Shown piece by piece: positions 57,179 through 64,000 of a stretch of DNA of 64,000 nt. Position 1 is the stretch's first letter, and every line of letters begins with the position of its first letter. The stretch is from Fistulifera solaris (taxonomy: Eukaryota). A model generated the notes under the pieces. That model ran no database searches and was not told where the DNA came from. It was given only the letters and a program-made list of their open reading frames with translations. The DNA lies in assembly GCA_030295235.1 (NCBI GenBank), contig AP026142.1, forward strand, positions 1 to 64,000, written 5' to 3'. The position numbers and the translations under genes were made by a program.

Positions 57179-60100
57179 ATGACACGAGATAATAAAAAGA
57201 ATCCAGCAAAGAAGCGCAAACGCGCTACTGTGCCTCCGCCGCCCTTGCCTTTGATACAATTGTTGCAATCGGATCCTTCTGTTCTTCAATACTTCCAAGC
57301 TTTGCAACAGAGCCTCGAAGAAGACGTCCAAATATGGAAGAACCGATATCTGGCGTTGCAAAATGAGCAAAAAGCGGCGAAGAAAACAGAGCAGGGTTCG
57401 AAAAGTAGCAACACAGTGAGCAATTCAAACAAAGCACGAAGACAAACACCCAACAAGACAGCAAACAACCCAAAAAACAACAATCAACATGAATCACTGG
57501 TCAGGGAAACGATAGATATTGAAGATTCTATGTTTGACGACGATTTGTCCTCGGATTCTGGCATGAACGAAGATGACGGTCATCATCGTGTTACTACTGC
57601 TGGTGTTCTGTTGCCAGATGAAAGTGATACAGACAATAATCAGAAGCAACAGCACCATCCAAAGAATCGATCACGAGAAGTGCAAGAGGAAGACGCACAT
57701 CCGAACGATTTGTTCAATCAATTAGAAGACAAAGATGTACAAATATTTCGCTTGTTGAAACAAGCGTATAACGATCTGGAACGGCTAGGAATATCTTTGA
57801 TTGAACTTCCTACAGATGTAGACGATGAAACGAACGAAATAATCAACGACGCACGAGAAGAAACTGATGGAGATATGAGTGCGGACGAGGTAGGCGAAGC
57901 AAACAATGAAGACAAGTCACATTCTGATAAAGACGCTCTTGATGCCAACAAGGATGAAGTAGAGACAAATTACGAGCCAGCAAAAGACAAGGTTGAATCC
58001 AACGAAACATCACCACAAGTGCCCATACGGGCGGAGGACAAAAAAATCATGGAAGAAATCAACCGCGCTTTACATGCCGTGACGCGATTGTATACAGAAA
58101 CATCGGAATGGGGTCCTTTCGCTTCCTTGAAAAGTCGTAATGACGAAAAGGGCGCGGTACCCGATCGACCTTGCTGGCAATGTCCAGATCATCCCGCGCA
58201 CGAAGCCAATGAAAGACTCTTTCGGGCATTGTTAGTAATGGATACATTTTTCGATCTTTCTTCTTCGCTTGGTAAATCAGACAAAATGAAACAATCAGAC
58301 TCTGCGGACGTTTACTTGGGGATGCAGCAACGAAAAAGCACGATTCAAACTTTGCTTTTGTTTTGGAGAAGCCAAATTCTCGAGGAAGGCCCCCGCACGG
58401 ATCGAGCCGCACTGCGTGAGTCGACGTTTCTTGTATACGACCCCCTTCACCAACAGGAGTCTACTTTTCCACAGAAGGGTATTATTGGCGGTTCTAAGAG
58501 CTGGATACGACTAGCTCATCTGGCGGAACGTACTTGGCAAAGCTCCTTGTTGACACAACTGTATTTGTCAAGAGATCAGGTTCAAGCCGCAGCGTCTTTG
58601 TTAATTGAGTACGTTCAAGTGACACTTCCATCGTTGCAAGACATGGAAGACTATCCGCAGCATCCTCCCATTTTGAGCTTGTTAGTCTTGGAGAGTATGA
58701 TGTTGTTAAACACAAAGACGCACAATAACTGGTTTCCTCAGTGGTGTCGGAATGAGTTGAAAGAGACATCCACGCATATTTTTCGGGTGCTTTCGTTGGT
58801 CATTGCCGTCTGCGGTTGGATATGGAAGCAGCGTATTCAAAGCCCCGATGATCGGATTCATGACGTGGCTTGGGTAGAATTTCAGTGCTTTCAGCGACTA
58901 TGTCAATCATTTTTGTTACGGTTACACATTCCATTTTCTATCGACGACGAAAAAGACACATGGCAACAAGCCAAGAATGTCGGACAACATCACCTGGATG
59001 AGCTCAATGCGTTAGATGATAGCAATGCTTCACCCTTTCTTTGTACGAGCAAGGCTATTTTGCGAATTTTGGTGGGTGAAATATATGCAGGCATGGACGA
59101 AACCTTGGAGCAACACAATCTGCTACCGAAAGTCGAGGCATTGCGTGAACTTCGAAACCGTCTACAATTTCCTGCTTCGAAGGACAGCAGTACTCCATGG
59201 AATCACGCGACGAATTCACTCGAAGATAGAGTATCCTCTTATCTCCTGATACTACAAAATATCATGCGGAAGGTACGAGAAGCAACGGACCAAGAGGAAC
59301 GTGTGAAACGGCTGACAACTGCGTTGACGGCAAGCCATTTATTGGCTGACGGAAGAAACGCGCTTCAAGCTGTTGAAATACTCGTGACATGCCCGCAACC
59401 ATTGTCTATGACGAATACATACCGACGAGCTTTGGATACTTTTGCAAAAATTGCTCAAGTTCCTGTCGTTCGTGTCATCAATTTGCAAAAACGCACGGAC
59501 CGGTGGCAGTGTTTTATGAATCAAGCAAGTTGTCAGAGACTCCTGGTCGTGAAAGCTGTAGCGTGTCTCTCTGATTCGAATAATAAAGGTACAGAGGAGG
59601 ATTGGGACTTTGGTGGTTATGCTATTGATGGAACGGGCCCAATGGTCGAGGCACAATCGCGACTGGAAGCCAAAGTAGGGTCGTTCGCTCGATTGAACAA
59701 ACTCGTCGCTCCAGAGTGGCGTCCTCACGATCTGAAAGCATTCGATCGCGGTGCCCCCAATCACGAATCCTTAGTCTTTGCATCGATGAGCGAAAAAGCG
59801 TGTGCCCTGTCGCACATCGCGAGCTGGAAAGGTGCATTGCGTTCTTTTGATCTGCTCGACAGAGAAACGTCAGACGTCCCTCTCTTGTTTCGACACCCCT
59901 CCAATATGACACGTCTGTTTAAAATCGCCGGCTTTGCTCAAGGACCACCGTTAATACGACAACGACAGCTATCACCTCCATCTCCTGTATGCGTGATTCT
60001 AGAAGACGATGCCATCTTGGTGGACCATTTTGCGGAGCGCTTACAATCACTCCTAATGGAACTCCCCCGCGACTTTCACATTTGTTGGTTGGGATACAGT

Positions 60101-60517
60101 CGTCCCAAATCGGCTCCAATTGTACCTTACACAAAACGTGTCGGCATTCCCACCATGTTATGGTACTTGACGGGTTATGTCTTGAGTGAAGCAGGTGCTC
60201 ACTATTTACTGAATGCACTCCCCGTCATAGGACCGGTCGACAGTTGGCTGGGATTAAAAACCACGACTACGAATTGGGACAACCGCTTTGGCGTCCAAGT
60301 GGGTGTCGGCACCCACGGTGGAAGTGGGACGGTGCAAACACCCAGTCGCAAGGAGCTAGGACAAATTCTGCAATTCCGTGCCTATTGTGCCATGAAACCG
60401 TTGGTCGCCCAACGTGTATCCACCACTTTGAGTGATACTAGGGGATCGAATCGAAACTGGCGACACTTTCGCGATTCGGATATTGAATATAGTGGGGATA
60501 AAGTGGCTTCGGCGTAA
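57179..60517 (+). CDS. Large protein with C-terminal glycosyltransferase family 25 domain
   Basis: VINLQKRTDRW, EKACALSHIASW, VILEDDA, GYVLSEAGA and PVDSWL motifs; about 760 aa unassigned N-terminal region. Confidence 0.85.
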   Translation: MTRDNKKNPAKKRKRATVPPPPLPLIQLLQSDPSVLQYFQALQQSLEEDVQIWKNRYLALQNEQKAAKKTEQGSKSSNTVSNSNKARRQTPNKTANNPKNNNQHESLVRETIDIEDSMFDDDLSSDSGMNEDDGHHRVTTAGVLLPDESDTDNNQKQQHHPKNRSREVQEEDAHPNDLFNQLEDKDVQIFRLLKQAYNDLERLGISLIELPTDVDDETNEIINDAREETDGDMSADEVGEANNEDKSHSDKDALDANKDEVETNYEPAKDKVESNETSPQVPIRAEDKKIMEEINRALHAVTRLYTETSEWGPFASLKSRNDEKGAVPDRPCWQCPDHPAHEANERLFRALLVMDTFFDLSSSLGKSDKMKQSDSADVYLGMQQRKSTIQTLLLFWRSQILEEGPRTDRAALRESTFLVYDPLHQQESTFPQKGIIGGSKSWIRLAHLAERTWQSSLLTQLYLSRDQVQAAASLLIEYVQVTLPSLQDMEDYPQHPPILSLLVLESMMLLNTKTHNNWFPQWCRNELKETSTHIFRVLSLVIAVCGWIWKQRIQSPDDRIHDVAWVEFQCFQRLCQSFLLRLHIPFSIDDEKDTWQQAKNVGQHHLDELNALDDSNASPFLCTSKAILRILVGEIYAGMDETLEQHNLLPKVEALRELRNRLQFPASKDSSTPWNHATNSLEDRVSSYLLILQNIMRKVREATDQEERVKRLTTALTASHLLADGRNALQAVEILVTCPQPLSMTNTYRRALDTFAKIAQVPVVRVINLQKRTDRWQCFMNQASCQRLLVVKAVACLSDSNNKGTEEDWDFGGYAIDGTGPMVEAQSRLEAKVGSFARLNKLVAPEWRPHDLKAFDRGAPNHESLVFASMSEKACALSHIASWKGALRSFDLLDRETSDVPLLFRHPSNMTRLFKIAGFAQGPPLIRQRQLSPPSPVCVILEDDAILVDHFAERLQSLLMELPRDFHICWLGYSRPKSAPIVPYTKRVGIPTMLWYLTGYVLSEAGAHYLLNALPVIGPVDSWLGLKTTTTNWDNRFGVQVGVGTHGGSGTVQTPSRKELGQILQFRAYCAMKPLVAQRVSTTLSDTRGSNRNWRHFRDSDIEYSGDKVASA

Positions 60518-60726
60518 TTATTTGTACGGAGTAAAGAACATCTTCGTTTGCCTGTCTGTACATCCATCACCAGTGACGTCACATCTCGATACACGTGCGC
60601 CGCGAAAAAATGTGATGGGTGATGCAGGTGATGGGGTTTGGTAGTGATGTGTGTTGAGTGTTGACCATAAGAATTCGATTTTTAGCTCATCACAATCATC
60701 AAAAATCCTTTTTTCATCGAAGCAGA

Positions 60727-62454
60727 ATGACAGAAACCTCCTTTGATTCCGCCGTAGCCGCATTGTATTCTTCCGAGCATCAAGCTTCGACGGCAGAAGC
60801 GCTTGCGTTGACGGCACAACGACGTACCCAAACCATTTCGGATATGCGTATCTATATGCAACGAGTCGGTTTACTCCAGAACGGCAAAGCATTGCTATTT
60901 CAAAACAAGCGATTGATTCATATTACTGGAACCAAAGGTAAAGGATCCACGGCTTGCTTGTGTGAAACGATCATCCGCCAAGCGTACGGTTTACGGACCG
61001 GCTTGTTTACCAGTCCTCATTTGGTCGATATAAGGGAACGAATTCGTGTCAATGGACAACCCGTTTCAACCGAAGTGTTTGGGAAAGCTTATTGGACGTT
61101 GCGTCAAAAGTTGGAAGCTCATGCCGGAAACGAGCAAGATGCTTTGCCCACATTGCCGGGGTATTTTCGTATGTTGACTCTCATGGTACGTCACCCATTG
61201 AACAGGAAGAAGCAAGAACAACTAGTGACTCACTTAGGCACCGCTCTCGTTCATAACCAGGCTTTGTACATCTTTTCACATTACGAACCACCGATTGATG
61301 TGGTTATCTTAGAAGTAGGAATGGGGGGCCGATTCGATGCAACCAATTCACTGGATTTGGATACTTGGAAGTCGTACGCCTGTGGTATTACGAAGTTGGA
61401 TTACGATCATGTACGTGTATTAGGACATCGTTTGGAACAAATTGCTTGGGAAAAAGCTGGCATCTTTTTGAAAAACAAATTATCGCCTGGAACAGTACGG
61501 CCACCGGATGATGCTGGCGATGAGAGCGCGGAAGCTTCCGCTTCCAAAATGCAGAAGTCGACATCCGTAAAGGACGGCTGCTCATATTTTGCACTCGATC
61601 CGAAGAAAGCGTCAGTACAACATGTACTCGAGGAATGTGCGCTAGGCGAAAAGCTGTGCTTCGTGGCCGGATCGTATGAACGCGAGTTACCACCCGAGGC
61701 TCCCATCGGATTGGCCGGAAATCATCAGCGCGACAATGCGGAATTAGCCATGGCCTTGTGTCAAGCAGTGTGTGACGACAAGTCCGTGTCATCGACGCAA
61801 GTACATGCAGCACTCGCTCAGGCGAAATGGCTGGGTCGATGTCAAACCATTGTTTTGGAACCGAAGCTCAATATCCGTTTGGATGGCGCTCATACTGTCG
61901 AATCCGTCCACGTGGGGTTGGAATGGTTCGATCAAGTAGCAGAGCAGGGTGCGCAGCGTCATTTGATTTTCAATTGCAGTCACGAACGGAACCCAGTGGA
62001 ACTATTAGAACGGTTTGTTCCGTTGGGATTTCATTCCGTTTCGTTTTGCAAAGCCGACTCGGAGCGTCCGAGTGCGATACAAAAACCAAGTGCGAAAGCG
62101 TTACTACAAACTTGGCGATCTTCGAAACCGAAATCAGACGATAGCAACGGTGATGACAGTCAATACAGTCATCTTCCAGACCAACCCGAGGCCACATGGC
62201 AAGAGACATTGTGTAATATATGGTGTGTTTTAGAAAGGGAACTCCTTCTGAACAGCAATAAAGCAGTGGCAAGTGGCACCATGAGTTTGTCGGCTTCTTT
62301 GGATCGAATTCGACAATCGCTGAACGAAGACGAAGGCGCATCTGGCGAAGTGTTGATCGCTGGATCCTTGTATCTAGTCGGATCGGCCCTGTCGGCACTG
62401 TCTTGGAAAGAAACAGACGCGGAGGGAACATTGATGGCAAACGAGTCTTCGTGA
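60727..62454 (+). CDS. FPGS: Folylpolyglutamate synthase
   Basis: IHITGTKGKGST, GLFTSPHL, ILEVGMGGRFDATN, IAWEKAGIF, LDGAHT and IAGSLYLVG; probable intron 61186-61260. Confidence 0.95.
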   Translation: MTETSFDSAVAALYSSEHQASTAEALALTAQRRTQTISDMRIYMQRVGLLQNGKALLFQNKRLIHITGTKGKGSTACLCETIIRQAYGLRTGLFTSPHLVDIRERIRVNGQPVSTEVFGKAYWTLRQKLEAHAGNEQDALPTLPGYFRMLTLMVRHPLNRKKQEQLVTHLGTALVHNQALYIFSHYEPPIDVVILEVGMGGRFDATNSLDLDTWKSYACGITKLDYDHVRVLGHRLEQIAWEKAGIFLKNKLSPGTVRPPDDAGDESAEASASKMQKSTSVKDGCSYFALDPKKASVQHVLEECALGEKLCFVAGSYERELPPEAPIGLAGNHQRDNAELAMALCQAVCDDKSVSSTQVHAALAQAKWLGRCQTIVLEPKLNIRLDGAHTVESVHVGLEWFDQVAEQGAQRHLIFNCSHERNPVELLERFVPLGFHSVSFCKADSERPSAIQKPSAKALLQTWRSSKPKSDDSNGDDSQYSHLPDQPEATWQETLCNIWCVLERELLLNSNKAVASGTMSLSASLDRIRQSLNEDEGASGEVLIAGSLYLVGSALSALSWKETDAEGTLMANESS

Positions 62455-63323
62455 CCCAAAAAAGAGTAGACTTGAGTGATAAAGTAGACACAACTATGCG
62501 AGCAAACTAATCTCGCTCTAAACTCGTTCAAGACGTAGAAACTCATATTACGGTTGCTCTCTAAGTACAATAGCTTTGATAGAAGGTAAAGGAAAGAGCT
62601 ATTCACTATCCACAGTTACAGGGTCGGATTAGTTCTAACGATGGTATGATTGCATAGAAATAAATGACGTCCTCAAGAGACCGGGACTGAATATCATTTG
62701 AGTCCTTAAAAAGGTCGCCTACTCTTTGTATCATATTCGGAACAAAGGCCCTCAAAAACGTAGTGCATCGCATCGACCATGATCTCTTGTGAAATGCACG
62801 TTCACAAAACAAATGATAACGTTGGATTGGTGTATTGAAATCAACGGAACTATTTTCTTCGACTTTTTCTTTAGAAAGTAATCATCGTAATCGAAAGCGA
62901 ATCTGTCTGTTCTTCTGTCCTATCGATGACGTGCGACAAGCGGCAAGCTTCCACGAAGCGCACCGCATCGCCTTTCCGTTGCAATGATATCAAGGAAAAT
63001 TTCTGCTCACTAACCTTCACTACCCGGTACTTATCCGTTAAATATTGGCGCAAAGAGAACATGGAAATATCGAAACAGCCATGACGAAAAAAAATTGTTA
63101 GACAGTCACATAAGATCACTTATACTTTGAGAGAGGACCTCCTCTCGAACGGTTATAGCCTTCCCGGCGCGCACGCCTTGAGAATTTCGCAGCGGTCAAG
63201 ACCGCCGCTTCTCCTCTTTTCATCTCTCTCTCATTGACGTTGCTCTCTCATCCGTGGTAACTTCACTCGACTAGCTTCTCTTCTCTCATAACTTTTTTAC
63301 TTAACACAACAACAGATTGAATC

Positions 63324-64000
63324 ATGTCAATGGCAATGGGAGCAAAGCTCCAATTGGAGCCGGGAAGTTTGCTAGAAACTCTTTACGACATTTACATTGG
63401 TATCGTCGTTGGAGCCAACCATTCGTTCTACATTGTCTCTCGTTGGTGGTACCTCAACCTCTTCCGACCCATTCTGCTGGCGTTTGGGATTGATTTGGGT
63501 GTCTTTGAGGCCAAACCGTCTGCAGGAACGAAAGAATCCTTGAAGGTGGTGGCCGTCGGCTTTGGCCGCACGGGGACGGTATGTGATTCGCGTCGCATCG
63601 TGTCCGTTTGAGTACCGGATGATAAGTCGAAAAACTCTTCTTCGTTCTTTTCGAACTTCATCTGTAACTCGAAAACGTCCTACGATGTCCTTTGCATAAG
63701 GAAATGACCTTTATGTTTGCTTTTCACCATGATAACGAATCGCTCTTGTTACTTTTCTTCACTTTGTGTTGACTTCAATGAATAAATGTCTCACACTCCT
63801 TTTTCATTCTCTACGTAAAGTACTCGCTGATGCTAGCACTCGATGAACTCGGTTTTCCGTGCTTGCACACGCAGCACTTGTACGAACACAGCGAGATTAT
63901 AGCCATGTGGACGAACAAAGTGTTTACACCTGCCGTAAAAGCGAAGCACGCTTCCATGGGCAAGCCGGATTTTCAACTCATTGTGGACCATGGATTCACG
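63324..64000 (+). CDS. P-loop sulfotransferase-like protein (Sulfotransfer_4 type), truncated by window end
   Basis: LKVVAVGFGRTGT, intron 63579-63820, then YSLMLALDELGFPCLH. Confidence 0.85.

Overview
Left end of a eukaryotic chromosome, most likely from a raphid pennate diatom. The inference rests on the (CCCTAA)n telomere, short introns, ASAF-type bipartite plastid presequences, RxL propeptide motifs and a GDPH/VWD secreted protein. The first 3.6 kb is a telomere cap plus a head-to-tail stack of four segments. Each segment ends in a short CCCTAA tract, and two are variably 5'-truncated copies of one repeat. This architecture matches terminal, telomere-primed retrotransposition of the Athena/Coprina Penelope-like type, but no reverse transcriptase is visible in the window. 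The rest is gene-dense: pyruvate kinase, a methyltransferase-like gene, an ankyrin/ARM protein, XPG/RAD2, two Spondin_N paralogues, a purple acid phosphatase, PEPC, a METTL21-like methyltransferase, HSF, a VWD protein, an F-box protein, a UNC-93-like transporter, a large repetitive predicted plastid protein, a GT25 fusion, FPGS and a truncated sulfotransferase-like gene. Other notable items are a 34-bp hairpin-containing satellite present at two divergent promoters, an apparent GA-AG intron in PEPC, a 13-nt microexon and a palindrome cluster. Many genes carry single-base frameshifts, some at homopolymers, which are probably assembly errors.
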